From the NCBI GenBank assembly GCA_051886195.1, contig JBJEXW010000043.1, positions 20,279 through 84,278 on the forward strand: DNA of 64,000 nucleotides. The letters run 5' to 3'. This document shows, piece after piece, positions 54,719-64,000 of this stretch. A program made the translations under genes and the position numbers. The notes below the pieces were generated by a model. It was given only the letters and a program-made list of their open reading frames with translations. It ran no database searches and was not told where the DNA came from. Position 1 is the stretch's first letter. Every line of letters begins with the position of its first letter. The stretch comes from Clostridia bacterium (GTDB taxonomy: Bacteria; Bacillota; Clostridia; TANB77; CAG-465).

Positions 54719-56089
54719 TTATATTAAAGACATAAATTCTTCTTCAATAGCTTTTTCATCTTCCGGAGTAACACCTTCAAATCTTGCTGTAATATTTGGT
54801 CCTGTATTAGATGCTCTTACTAAAGCCCAACCATTAATAAATTCTGCTCTTACTCCGTCAATATCATTTACTTTATATCCTTTTTGTTTACAATATTCTT
54901 TAACTTTTTCAATAACCTTAAATTTCACATCATCAGATGATTTAATTATTATCTCTGGACTTGCATAATATCTAGTTACACCATCTAAAAGCTGAGATAC
55001 AGTCTTATCTGTCTTAGAAAGTATTTCAACAAGTCTAAGACCAGCATATAGTCCATCATCTATGTTATCCCATTTATCTCTAAACCATACATGTCCTGAT
55101 AGTTCTGAGCCAAATGGGAAATCATCATCTCTCATTTTTGCTTTCATATATGAATTTCCTGTCCTATAACATACTGGTGTTCCACCTAGTTTTATTACTT
55201 CATCTGCTAAAGATTTAGAACATTTAACATCAAATAGAGCTTTTTTATTTTCTACTTTATCCATTATGTCTCTCCATATAATAATAGCATAAAAGTCCAT
55301 GAAAATCATATTTCCTTTTTCATCTATAATGCCTACTCTATCTCCATCACCATCAATTCCAATTCCAACATCTGCATGTGTTTCAAGCACTTTTTTCTTT
55401 AAGTCTTCATTATTTGACTCTACACTTGGATCTGGATGATGATTAGGGAAATCCGGATTTGAATCAATATATAATGGTATTAATTCAATATTTTTAAACA
55501 TTGAATAAACTTGTTTAGCAATAATTGATGCAGTACCATTAGCAGTATCTAAAACTACTTTTATCTTTTTTTCTCCCATATCAATAGATTTTTTTACTTC
55601 ATCTAAATATTCTTGCTTTATATCGTAATTAGTTATTTTTCCATCACCAGTTTTAAAGTTTCCATTTTCAGTATAAACTCTAAAATCTTGGATCATTTGA
55701 CCACATGCATTTCCAAAGCTATCAAAAGCAATTTTAAATCCATTATATTCTTTTGGATTATGTGAAGCAGTTATCATAACTCCTGGATCAATTTTTAACT
55801 TTTTTTGGGCATAATAATACATTGGAGTTGTACATAATCCAAGATAAACAACATCAGTTCCAGTACTTGTAATACCAGTAATAAGTGCGTCTGCAAGTGG
55901 ATCAGATGAAGTTCTATTATCATGACCTACAAGGCATTTTTCATAACCTTTCTCCCTAATATATGAACCAAAAGATAATCCTATTGTATATGCTATATCT
56001 TCATTTAAGTCTTGACCATATATAGCTCTAATATCATATCCTCTAAATATATTTGGGTTAATATTTTTGTAAATATTATATTTGCTCAT
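54719..56089 (-). CDS. Phosphomannomutase/phosphoglucomutase (alpha-D-phosphohexomutase)
   Basis: 456 aa. FRGYDIRA, active-site TASHNPKEYNGFK, Mg site GIDGDGDR and GELSGH-like ELSGHV. Confidence 0.88.
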   Translation of the reverse strand: MSKYNIYKNINPNIFRGYDIRAIYGQDLNEDIAYTIGLSFGSYIREKGYEKCLVGHDNRTSSDPLADALITGITSTGTDVVYLGLCTTPMYYYAQKKLKIDPGVMITASHNPKEYNGFKIAFDSFGNACGQMIQDFRVYTENGNFKTGDGKITNYDIKQEYLDEVKKSIDMGEKKIKVVLDTANGTASIIAKQVYSMFKNIELIPLYIDSNPDFPNHHPDPSVESNNEDLKKKVLETHADVGIGIDGDGDRVGIIDEKGNMIFMDFYAIIIWRDIMDKVENKKALFDVKCSKSLADEVIKLGGTPVCYRTGNSYMKAKMRDDDFPFGSELSGHVWFRDKWDNIDDGLYAGLRLVEILSKTDKTVSQLLDGVTRYYASPEIIIKSSDDVKFKVIEKVKEYCKQKGYKVNDIDGVRAEFINGWALVRASNTGPNITARFEGVTPEDEKAIEEEFMSLI

Positions 56090-56145
56090 ATTTTCTCACC
56101 CCATAAAATTATATCATATCTTAATTATTTTGAAAAGCATTTTAT

Positions 56146-56176
56146 AGTAAAAGAAAAGGCAACATTGACTATGTTG
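56146..56176 (-). terminator. Probable terminator after the ABC ATPase gene
   Basis: GCAACAT-5 nt-ATGTTGC, followed on the minus strand by CTTTTCTTTTAC. Confidence 0.45.
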
Positions 56177-56191
56177 CAACTTTTCTACACT

Positions 56192-56911
56192 TTATTTTTT
56201 CTTTTTTACTTTTGTTTTATCATTTTCCTTATTTTGTTTTTTTTCTAGTTTTATTCCTTTTTTTAAATCAAATACTTCGTCAGAATTATTAGCAATGTTT
56301 TGTGAATGTGTAACAATTATAACGCATTTATTCTGCTTATGTGCTAACTCTTTAAATATTTCTAAAATATCATTTTCTGTGTCATGATCTAAATTTCCAG
56401 TTGGTTCATCTGCAAGAATTAATTTAGGATTATATGATAAACTCCTAGCAATAGCAACTCTCTGTTGTTCACCTCCAGATAATTTTAAAATTCTTCTATC
56501 TCCTTTATCTTCTGATAAACCGACACTTTTTAAAAGTTCAATTGCTTTTTTTCTCTTATCATCTACTTTAACTTTACTTATATCCATGGAAAGAATTATA
56601 TTCTCTATTGCAGTTAAATGAGGCAATAAATTAAATGACTGAAAAACTATTCCAACACATTTGCTTCTATATTCATCTAAATTCATTTGATTTAGTTCTT
56701 TTTCTTCATAGAATATTTTTCCTTCATTATATCTTTCTAGTCCACTAATTAATGAAAGTAGTGTTGTCTTTCCTGATCCACTTTTACCTATTATTGAATA
56801 TATTTTACCTGCTTCAAATTCAAAATTTATATCTTTAAACACATACTCATTTTCTGGAGCATCTGAATATCTATATCCTAATTTTTCAATTTTTAATATT
56901 TCATTTTTCAT
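56192..56911 (-). CDS. ABC transporter ATP-binding protein (MacB/LolD/FtsE-like)
   Basis: 239 aa. GKSGSGKTTLLSLISGLE, LSGGEQQRVAIAR and ILADEPTGNLD motifs. Lys-rich C-terminal tail. Confidence 0.88.
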   Translation of the reverse strand: MKNEILKIEKLGYRYSDAPENEYVFKDINFEFEAGKIYSIIGKSGSGKTTLLSLISGLERYNEGKIFYEEKELNQMNLDEYRSKCVGIVFQSFNLLPHLTAIENIILSMDISKVKVDDKRKKAIELLKSVGLSEDKGDRRILKLSGGEQQRVAIARSLSYNPKLILADEPTGNLDHDTENDILEIFKELAHKQNKCVIIVTHSQNIANNSDEVFDLKKGIKLEKKQNKENDKTKVKKKK

Positions 56912-56914
56912 ATT

Positions 56915-58393
56915 TTAGCTCCTTTCCTTTAAAATTGTTAATGGCGAAAATCTTTGAATGCTTATCATAGAAGCTACACTACTAATAATAGTTAATAAAA
57001 TGCCTATTCCAAGTAATTCAAATAATACTTTAATATCAACAACAGCATTAATTGATGAAACTGGTTCGATATTACTTACTCCATTGAAGCTTGTTTTTAC
57101 ATTCATCATTTCTTTTCCAGATTTTTGACCAAAATTACTCATTACATTTTCTTGTGTTTCTTGAGAAGACTCTATTTCATTTTCTAATAATTTGTTTGCA
57201 GTTGGAACACTGATTAAGGCTCCAATTGCACATCCAATTAAAAGTGAAATTAAAGTCACAATGAGTAATTCAATAACAAATTGTAAAGTTAAATTAAATT
57301 TACTCATTCCTATTGTTCTAAGTACTCCTATTTCATATTTTCTTTCCTTTATATTTATCATACTAATTACAAATAAAACTACTGCTCCAATTAATAATGT
57401 TATAATTAAAAATACCAATGCAAAAGTTTTTAAATTTGATATTGATTCTGTTGAACTTTCTACACTCTCTAAATTAGTAGTTATCATTAAATTTTCATCT
57501 AATCCTTTATTTTTAACTTCATTTGTAAATTCATCTATTGCTTCTTTACTTGTTAATACAAAACTTGGATTAATACTTTTGCTTATATTGCTATCTTTTT
57601 TTACTATATTCTCAATAGTATTTGTATTAGTTATTATTGTATTAGCAGAACTACTAAACATTTGCATTCTAGTATCTGCACTATTATCTGTATCCTGGAA
57701 TATTCCAGTTACTATTAAATCACATGTAATGCTCTCATCGTTAGGAGATACAAACTCAATATTATCTCCTATATTTATACCATTAATAGTAGCTAACTCA
57801 GAATTGATAACGCAATAGTTTTTAGTAAAATCTTGACTTACCTCTCCATCTATTATCAAATATTTACCAGATATAAAATCTTCCATAGCCTCATAAGAAC
57901 TATATCCTATAATTGTAAAATCTGAATTACTTTTAGTACTACTTTTTAAATTCATCTGTACTTGACTATCAACTTTTCCAGATATACCTAAGCTTTGAGA
58001 TGTATTATTTTCTATACTTGCTATTTCTATTGAATTAGAATTTAAACCAACAGATTCAGTGTAATAATATGATTTAACAAACTCACTTTCACCATATTCT
58101 ATAATATCATCTATTGTTATATCTGATATACTCTCGAACGACTCCCTTATGTTTTCTTTACCAGATGTTCTATCGTTTGGATTAAAATTTTTCATAAGTG
58201 ATTCCCTGTTAGTTTGAATAGTTGCTATTATATCATATTTTTCTTCGTATGATTTAATTATACTATTTGCAGAATTTCTTATTGCTAGTGTTACAGATGC
58301 TGCACATGAAACAACCAATATTATTATACCTATTAAAACATTTCTTCCAATATTTCTTTTAATAGATATAAATGCATTTTTTAATATGTACAT
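56915..58393 (-). CDS. ABC transporter permease, FtsX/MacB type, with a large extracytoplasmic domain
   Basis: 492 aa. TM1, an external domain of about 300 aa, then the FtsX module (ERKYEIGVLRTIGMSK). Confidence 0.85.
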   Translation of the reverse strand: MYILKNAFISIKRNIGRNVLIGIIILVVSCAASVTLAIRNSANSIIKSYEEKYDIIATIQTNRESLMKNFNPNDRTSGKENIRESFESISDITIDDIIEYGESEFVKSYYYTESVGLNSNSIEIASIENNTSQSLGISGKVDSQVQMNLKSSTKSNSDFTIIGYSSYEAMEDFISGKYLIIDGEVSQDFTKNYCVINSELATINGINIGDNIEFVSPNDESITCDLIVTGIFQDTDNSADTRMQMFSSSANTIITNTNTIENIVKKDSNISKSINPSFVLTSKEAIDEFTNEVKNKGLDENLMITTNLESVESSTESISNLKTFALVFLIITLLIGAVVLFVISMINIKERKYEIGVLRTIGMSKFNLTLQFVIELLIVTLISLLIGCAIGALISVPTANKLLENEIESSQETQENVMSNFGQKSGKEMMNVKTSFNGVSNIEPVSSINAVVDIKVLFELLGIGILLTIISSVASMISIQRFSPLTILKERS

Positions 58394-58485
58394 ATATTAT
58401 CCTCCTATCATTTTTACGAGATTATAATACAATTTAATTTTGATATTTTTGTGAACAAAAGATGAAATAATATCATTTTTTATTT

Positions 58486-58526
58486 ATAAAAAAGCTAATA
58501 CTATAATTATAATACTAGCTTTTTTT
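58486..58526 (-). terminator. Probable terminator after the TIM-barrel gene
   Basis: AAAAAAGCTA ... TAGCTTTTTT inverted repeat enclosing an AT palindrome. Confidence 0.4.
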
Positions 58527-58527
58527 G

Positions 58528-59340
58528 TCATTTCATCAATTCTTTTTTAAAGTATTCAAATGATTTTGTATAATTTATTATTTTTTCTTCTATTTTATTT
58601 CCTTCAATATAATCAATAGCATACTCTAATGCAATTGGTCCTTTGTATCCAATTATTTTTAGTTTTTCTAAAGCACAAATTATTTCATTTAAATCATTTG
58701 ATTTATTATTAATTAAATGATGGTCTTCATCATTTAATACGCTATGAATATGTACATTGTTTATTTTTGAAATCTGTAAGCTACTTAAATTAGATGGCAA
58801 TTTATTATCATATAAATCATGTCCTATATCATAAGTAAAAGCTAACTCATTAAAGTTTTTTAAAATCTCATCTATTTTTGAAATGTTAATTCTTTTTATA
58901 CCACCCCTATAATTTAGATTTTCTAAGGAAATAGTCAAATTTAATTTATATTTTTTTATATATTTTAAGAATTTATCTACATATATATTCGTTGCATCAA
59001 TTTTTTCTTCGAGTGTATCTTGCTCACATAAACTATGAAGAACAATATTTATATTATATCTTAATTCTTTTGAAATATCGTTTAAACAATTTAGATATCT
59101 AGTAATTTCTATTTCTGTCATATCTACGAGTGGAAAATGACATCTAAAAATCATTTTATTTTTCTTACATAATTGAGCACATTTTTTTACATATTCTAAA
59201 TCATTACTATTTATTTCTATGCCATCAATATTTTTATTTCCATATAGATTTATTATATCTACTACAGTTTCTATATTAATTTTTTTAAATTTTTTATCAT
59301 ATAACGAAAAAATAAGCTTATTTTCCATAATATCCCTCAA
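58528..59340 (-). CDS. Xylose-isomerase-like TIM-barrel protein (sugar phosphate isomerase/epimerase or AP-endonuclease-2 superfamily)
   Basis: 270 aa. Alternating beta/alpha pattern with conserved-looking His/Glu positions (VLHS, SLEN, HIHSV, ALEYA). Assignment by general resemblance only. Confidence 0.45.
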   Translation of the reverse strand: MRDIMENKLIFSLYDKKFKKINIETVVDIINLYGNKNIDGIEINSNDLEYVKKCAQLCKKNKMIFRCHFPLVDMTEIEITRYLNCLNDISKELRYNINIVLHSLCEQDTLEEKIDATNIYVDKFLKYIKKYKLNLTISLENLNYRGGIKRINISKIDEILKNFNELAFTYDIGHDLYDNKLPSNLSSLQISKINNVHIHSVLNDEDHHLINNKSNDLNEIICALEKLKIIGYKGPIALEYAIDYIEGNKIEEKIINYTKSFEYFKKELMK

Positions 59341-59425
59341 TTTATTTTTTTAACTATTTTAAATAATTATATCATATTATTTTTTTATAAGAATACAAAA
59401 AACATTTAATTACTGTTATATTTTT

Positions 59426-59460
59426 GTAACAAAAAGAAGTATCATTTGCTTTGATACTTC
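59426..59460 (-). terminator. Intrinsic terminator after the PBP2 gene
   Basis: GAAGTATCA-7 nt-TGATACTTC, followed on the minus strand by TTTTTGTTAC. Confidence 0.65.
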
Positions 59461-61574
59461 TAAAATTCTATTTTATTTAATACAATATCTTGTGTTTTTT
59501 CCTTCTGTGCATCATTAGTATAAATATCAAAATACTCATTCGTTATTTCTTTTACCATTGTTGCAAGATAATATCCTTCTGCACCATGTTCAACAATTGC
59601 TACAACAGCAATTTTAGGGTTGTCATATGGCGCAAATCCAACAAATATTGCATTATTTGCTCCATTTGAAACTTGTGCTGTACCAGTTTTTCCTGCAACT
59701 TCAACTTTACTATCTGCAAATATATCAGCAGCTGTACCACCAGTTTCTGTTGTAACAGCATACATTCCTTCTTTAATAGCATTTATGTAATTTGAGCTAA
59801 TATTTAGCTCTTTTGTTTCAAAATCTACCTCAGTAAATTCTTTGGTATATTCTGCCACCTCACTTAATGATACTGAATTTATATCATTTCCTACACTCTT
59901 TATAAGTGATACCTTATTTAAAGTTCCACCATTTGCAATTGTAGATATATAGTTTGCTAATTGAATAGGCGTAAATAAATTAGTTGACTGACCAATAGAT
60001 GCTGATAGAGTATCACCTAAAGACCAAGTTTGAGCATTATCTCCTGCAATATTACCAGATGCTTCTCCTGAAAGCTCTATTCCTGTTTTTTGTCCTAATC
60101 CAAAATTCTTTGCCCATTCAACTATAGTTGATATTCCTATTCTTCTTCCTACTTCATAAAAATAGCAATTGCATGATCCCTTTAAAGCTCCTGCTAAATT
60201 AATATCTCCATGTGTTATATTATGTGATGTAAATATCCAACATTTTGGATTATATGAATATGGATATATTCCTGGATCAGTATAAATTTCATCTACTGTT
60301 ATTCCACCTGATTCAAGTCCTGCAATTCCCATTAACATTTTATATGTAGACCCTGGTGAATAAGTTCCTGAAATTGCTCTATTGAACATTGGCTTTTGAG
60401 TATCCTCAATCAAAGACTTCCACTGCTTTGAAGTTATACCATTTGCAAAGTTATTTATATTGTATGTCGGATAACTTGCCATAGCAAGCACCTCACCAGT
60501 TTCAACATCAAGTACTACACAACTACCAGCCTGTGCTTCTGGTATTTGTTCTTTTCCTAAGCTTCCATTTTGTAAGCTCTGTAATGTATTTTTTAAAGCG
60601 TTTTCTACTACATTTTGTATTCTATAATCTATTGTTAAAGTAATGTTATTTCCTGATGCAGCTTCTTGAATTATTAATTCAGATGTAACATTTCCTAAAG
60701 AATCTGTTACTACTTTTTTTGTTCCGTCACTACCTTTTAAATATGGTTCCATAGATTCTTCAACACCTGATTTACCAACCATGCTATTTATAGTATATCC
60801 TTTATCTTTTAGCTCTGAATATTCGGTTGTGCTTATTTTACTAACATATCCAAGTATGTGACATGCAAAATCATCTGAAATATAATATCTTTGTGGCACA
60901 GAGATAATATTAAATCCATATAGTTTACTCTTTTGCTCTTCAATTTGAGCAACTGAACTTTTAGATATATTTTTTGCAATAATAGCACTATTAAACAAAG
61001 AATAACCATTTTGATTGGCTTCATATTTTACTTTAATAATTTTAATCTTATCTTCATAACTATAATCTTCTACAGCATATAAATCTGTATAATAATCTAT
61101 TACATCATCAAAATTAGCATCTTCGCTAAGCTTTATACCCCTTAAAAATTTTTTTCTTATATCATCGTCTTGCAAATAATCATCTGAAAAATTATCTAAA
61201 GAATCATTGATAGGAAAAGTTGAATATATATTATCTCCATTCGAAGTCAATATATCTACTAAATCTCTAATTGCATTATTTGTAAGCTCTGTGCCTACTT
61301 TTGTTCTATATAATTCTATGTTATATGTCAATTTGTTTGTAGCAAGAAGTACACCATTTCTGTCATAAATTTCTCCCCTTGAAGCTGAAATTGTTTCTGT
61401 TCTTACGATTTTATTTTCAGCTTGTTCTCTATATGAGGCACCATTAATTATTTGTATATTGAATAACTGAATTATAAAAACTATACTTATTAAAGATAAA
61501 ATAATAGAGAGAACAAGTTCTCTATTTTCTAATATCTCCATTATTTTTTCTAATTTTGATTTTAAAAATTCCAA
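59460..61574 (-). CDS. mrdA: Class B penicillin-binding protein 2 (elongasome transpeptidase)
   Basis: SPGSTYK (SxxK), SCN (SxN) and KTGTA motifs. Likely TTG start at 61574, 6 nt after AAGGAGGGA, which lies just downstream of the mreD stop. The track start at 61598 is a TTG overlapping mreD. Confidence 0.9.
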   Translation of the reverse strand: MEFLKSKLEKIMEILENRELVLSIILSLISIVFIIQLFNIQIINGASYREQAENKIVRTETISASRGEIYDRNGVLLATNKLTYNIELYRTKVGTELTNNAIRDLVDILTSNGDNIYSTFPINDSLDNFSDDYLQDDDIRKKFLRGIKLSEDANFDDVIDYYTDLYAVEDYSYEDKIKIIKVKYEANQNGYSLFNSAIIAKNISKSSVAQIEEQKSKLYGFNIISVPQRYYISDDFACHILGYVSKISTTEYSELKDKGYTINSMVGKSGVEESMEPYLKGSDGTKKVVTDSLGNVTSELIIQEAASGNNITLTIDYRIQNVVENALKNTLQSLQNGSLGKEQIPEAQAGSCVVLDVETGEVLAMASYPTYNINNFANGITSKQWKSLIEDTQKPMFNRAISGTYSPGSTYKMLMGIAGLESGGITVDEIYTDPGIYPYSYNPKCWIFTSHNITHGDINLAGALKGSCNCYFYEVGRRIGISTIVEWAKNFGLGQKTGIELSGEASGNIAGDNAQTWSLGDTLSASIGQSTNLFTPIQLANYISTIANGGTLNKVSLIKSVGNDINSVSLSEVAEYTKEFTEVDFETKELNISSNYINAIKEGMYAVTTETGGTAADIFADSKVEVAGKTGTAQVSNGANNAIFVGFAPYDNPKIAVVAIVEHGAEGYYLATMVKEITNEYFDIYTNDAQKEKTQDIVLNKIEF

Positions 61575-61591
61575 ACTTGCTCCCTCCTTTT

Positions 61592-62107
61592 TTACCAATA
61601 TATTCTATTTTGTTTTTTATCTATATGTATTATTATTTTTCCAAATAAAAAGCACATTATAAATACCAATACTACATTCAATAATATACTTAAAGTTAGT
61701 TGCTTTATTAAAAAGAAAAAGCTAATATAGCTAGATGAAATTATCATACTATCAAAATATAATATAACTTCAAATACGATAACACTAAGTGCTGTAAGTA
61801 CAATAGTCGATAAATAATTTTCTTTCATGTAATCTTCACTTATAAGTCCAAGTAACATCCCAATTATAGTATAAGATATTGTAAACATTCCTGATCCTCC
61901 AAAGATTAAATCTACAATAAATCCTAAACTAAATGAATATATTGTACTTGCATAAATATTAGTATATAAACTAACAACTATAATAGATATTAAAAGCATA
62001 TTAGGCTTTACACCAAATAAACTCATATTATCAAATAAAAATAACTGAATAGCTAATGAAATAACAAATAAAAATATAGTTACTATTACTTTTAAAATTT
62101 TTTCCAT
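61592..62107 (-). CDS. mreD: Rod shape-determining protein MreD
   Basis: 171 aa with 5 TM, placed between mreC and the PBP2 gene. Confidence 0.8.
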   Translation of the reverse strand: MEKILKVIVTIFLFVISLAIQLFLFDNMSLFGVKPNMLLISIIVVSLYTNIYASTIYSFSLGFIVDLIFGGSGMFTISYTIIGMLLGLISEDYMKENYLSTIVLTALSVIVFEVILYFDSMIISSSYISFFFLIKQLTLSILLNVVLVFIMCFLFGKIIIHIDKKQNRIYW

Positions 62108-62115
62108 AGTATCAC

Positions 62116-62952
62116 CTAATTAATAATTACAGCCACTTCAGATATTTTACTAATATTTACACAAGGCTCAACTAACGCATATCGATTAACATCATTTTTA
62201 TTATTTACAATTTCTACTATTCTCCCTACTGGTATAGAACTAGGATACATTACTCCTATTCCAGATGTATACAACATATCTGACACAGCTATTTCTGTAT
62301 CAAGTGGTATGTATGTAAGTCTTAGTCTATTTTGAGATTTTAGCTCCAAATCACCATTTACAACAGCAGGCTCATTTATTGTACTTATATTTACACTTAC
62401 AGATGATGATGCATCTAAAATAGTAGTAACGACAGCTGTTGTTTGAGTGACATTAGATATATATCCAACTAATCCATCTTTATGTACAACTGTTTGGTCA
62501 ATCTCTATACCATCATTAGCACCAATATCAATTGTAAAAGTCTGAGTCCAATTATCATGTTCTCTATATATAATATTTCCCATTACAGTCTTATAATGCT
62601 GATATTCCTTCTTTATATCTAACATTTCTTTTAATGTAGTATTTTCATCTATTATTTTTTGTGTCTCTAAGGCCTGAATTTTTAATTCTTCATTTTCTTT
62701 CTTAAGCTCTTCATTTTGAGCTCTTAATTCATCAATATCTGAACTTGTAGAATCAGTTATTTTATTTATACCATTATAAACCACAGCTATTGGTTTAGAA
62801 ATAAATGAAGCAATATTTGACACCATTTTATTATTACTATTTCTAAAGAAAAATGCAACAAACATTATTGCTAAAATAAGAAAGATAATAATAAAAATTA
62901 TTTTCTTTTTCCTTCTTTGACTATTATTTGAAAAGTCTATTCCGTAATCCAT
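62116..62952 (-). CDS. mreC: Rod shape-determining protein MreC
   Basis: 278 aa. N-terminal TM, coiled coil (ELRAQNEELKKENEELK), then beta domains with GLVGYISNV and TSGIGVMYPSSIPVGRIV. Confidence 0.88.
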   Translation of the reverse strand: MDYGIDFSNNSQRRKKKIIFIIIFLILAIMFVAFFFRNSNNKMVSNIASFISKPIAVVYNGINKITDSTSSDIDELRAQNEELKKENEELKIQALETQKIIDENTTLKEMLDIKKEYQHYKTVMGNIIYREHDNWTQTFTIDIGANDGIEIDQTVVHKDGLVGYISNVTQTTAVVTTILDASSSVSVNISTINEPAVVNGDLELKSQNRLRLTYIPLDTEIAVSDMLYTSGIGVMYPSSIPVGRIVEIVNNKNDVNRYALVEPCVNISKISEVAVIIN

Positions 62953-63025
62953 TATATTTATCCTTTTTTACCTCTTTATTATTATACTCAAATTTAATAG
63001 CTATTAAACTTAAAAATTAAATAGA

Positions 63026-64000
63026 TTATATTCTTCTACTCTTAACAGATTTTTTTAATACTTCAATATTATCTAAAGACATTGCAACACCACGTGAAAC
63101 ACACTCACTAGGTGACTCTGCAATGTATACTGGTATACCTGTTTGCTCATTTATGTATCTATCTAAGTTTTTAAGTAGAGAGCCACTTCCACTTAATACT
63201 ATTCCTTTACTCATTACATCTGAAGATAACTCAGGCGGTGTATTTTCAAGTGTAGTCTTAATTGCTTTTAATATTATTTCTAATGAATCTTTTATTGCTA
63301 AATTAATATCAAAAGTAGTGACAGTTACTGTTTCTGGTAGCCCGGTAGATAAATTTCTTCCCTTTATATTTACTTTTTCTTCTGTCATTGCAGAACTAGC
63401 TGTGCCAATTTGTTTCTTTATTTCTTCTGCTTCAGTTTGTCCAATTAAAACATTAAATTTTGTTCTAATATATTCAACTATATCTCTATCTAATTTATCT
63501 CCTGCTATTTTAACTGAATTTTCTGTTACTATTCCGCCTAAAGATAAAACAGCCATTTCAGATGTTCCTCCACCAATATCTACAATCATACATCCTTCAG
63601 GTCTATCGATTTGAAGTCCTGCACCAATTGCTGCGGCCATAACTTCTTCCATTAAATATACTGCTTTTGCTCCTGCTTTATATCCTACTCCTTCAACAGC
63701 TCTTTCTTCAACATCCGTAATTGCTGATGGTATAGTAATTATCATTTTAGGTTTATAAAATAAACTCTTTGGTACTACTCTATAAACTAAATTTTGTATT
63801 AGCATTCTTGTTGCCTCAAAGTCTGCAATTATACCATCTTTTAAAGGCCTAACAGCAACTATACTATCTGGAGTTCTGCCAAGCATTTCTTTTGCTTGAT
63901 TTCCTACAGCTAAAATTTCTCCTGTAATTTTATTTATAGCTACCACAGTAGGCTCAGATAGAATAGTACCTCTTCCTCTAATGCTTATTCTAGTACATGA
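63026..64000 (-). CDS. mreB: Rod shape-determining protein MreB (actin-like ATPase); N-terminus off the right edge
   Basis: The frame stays open upstream of the track start, whose 'M' is a GTG: ...SCTRISIRGRGTILSEPTVVAINKITGE. MIVDIGGGTSEMAV and GIVLSGSGSLLKNLD motifs. Confidence 0.92.
   Translation of the reverse strand, partial: SCTRISIRGRGTILSEPTVVAINKITGEILAVGNQAKEMLGRTPDSIVAVRPLKDGIIADFEATRMLIQNLVYRVVPKSLFYKPKMIITIPSAITDVEERAVEGVGYKAGAKAVYLMEEVMAAAIGAGLQIDRPEGCMIVDIGGGTSEMAVLSLGGIVTENSVKIAGDKLDRDIVEYIRTKFNVLIGQTEAEEIKKQIGTASSAMTEEKVNIKGRNLSTGLPETVTVTTFDINLAIKDSLEIILKAIKTTLENTPPELSSDVMSKGIVLSGSGSLLKNLDRYINEQTGIPVYIAESPSECVSRGVAMSLDNIEVLKKSVKSRRI

Noticed and set aside
57192-57818. Long plus-strand ORFs in the track that lie antisense to well-supported genes. 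Examples are 57192-57818 (208 aa), 63123-63614, 47994-48455, 16131-16514, 31826-32185, 32513-32896, 36152-36505 and 24853-25185.
   Set aside because: All are Ser/Leu/Ile/Phe-rich low-complexity translations with no RBS. Each is fully contained in a motif-bearing gene on the opposite strand, so they are shadow ORFs.
1-64000. Search by eye for CRISPR arrays, tRNA/rRNA genes, IS elements, integrases or phage genes, and alternative genetic code usage.
   Set aside because: I saw no regularly spaced direct repeats, no GC-rich tRNA-like segments, and no transposase- or recombinase-like ORFs. The long ORFs are intact under the standard code.

Overview
The window is a very AT-rich chromosomal segment (roughly a quarter to under a third G+C, judged by eye) that reads like a low-GC Firmicute of the Clostridia type with the standard genetic code. 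I call 60 protein-coding genes, 54 of them on the minus strand, so the window probably lies within one replichore. I found no rRNA, tRNA, CRISPR array, transposase, integrase or phage genes. There are three blocks. (1) 1-32.4 kb holds housekeeping and cell-envelope genes: exoA, rnhB, rsmI, two RluA-family pseudouridine synthases, prfB, rpmF, xpt, uppP, a class A PBP, priA, rpoZ and ylbJ. Mixed among them are several uncharacterised genes. (2) 32.5-56.1 kb is a cell-wall glycopolymer locus of about 23 kb and 20 genes. It contains a TagF-like glycerophosphotransferase, GalE, Glf, DUF4422, several GT4/GT2/GT32 enzymes, Wzx, a GtrA/GT2/DUF2304 set with two DUF2142 GT-C proteins, TagGH and PMM/PGM. 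(3) 56.2-64 kb holds a MacB-type ABC pair, a TIM-barrel gene and mreB-mreC-mreD-PBP2. Many intrinsic terminators are visible. I see no clear-cut new system such as a defence island. The observations most worth follow-up are these. An intact MazF toxin has no adjacent antitoxin and sits inside a PBP1A operon. A terminator-flanked pair consists of a 43-aa ORF missing from the track and a 572-aa Lys/Glu-rich protein. A structured leader or sRNA with twin CCCAACA loops precedes a pseudouridine synthase gene. A pseudo-receiver/histidine-kinase-like protein is present. The glycopolymer locus has unusual domain architectures: a degenerate GT32 module, a duplicated GT-B module, duplicated GT-C enzymes and a coiled-coil tail on the TagF-like enzyme. 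All functional calls come from motif recognition in the supplied translations, because no database search was possible.
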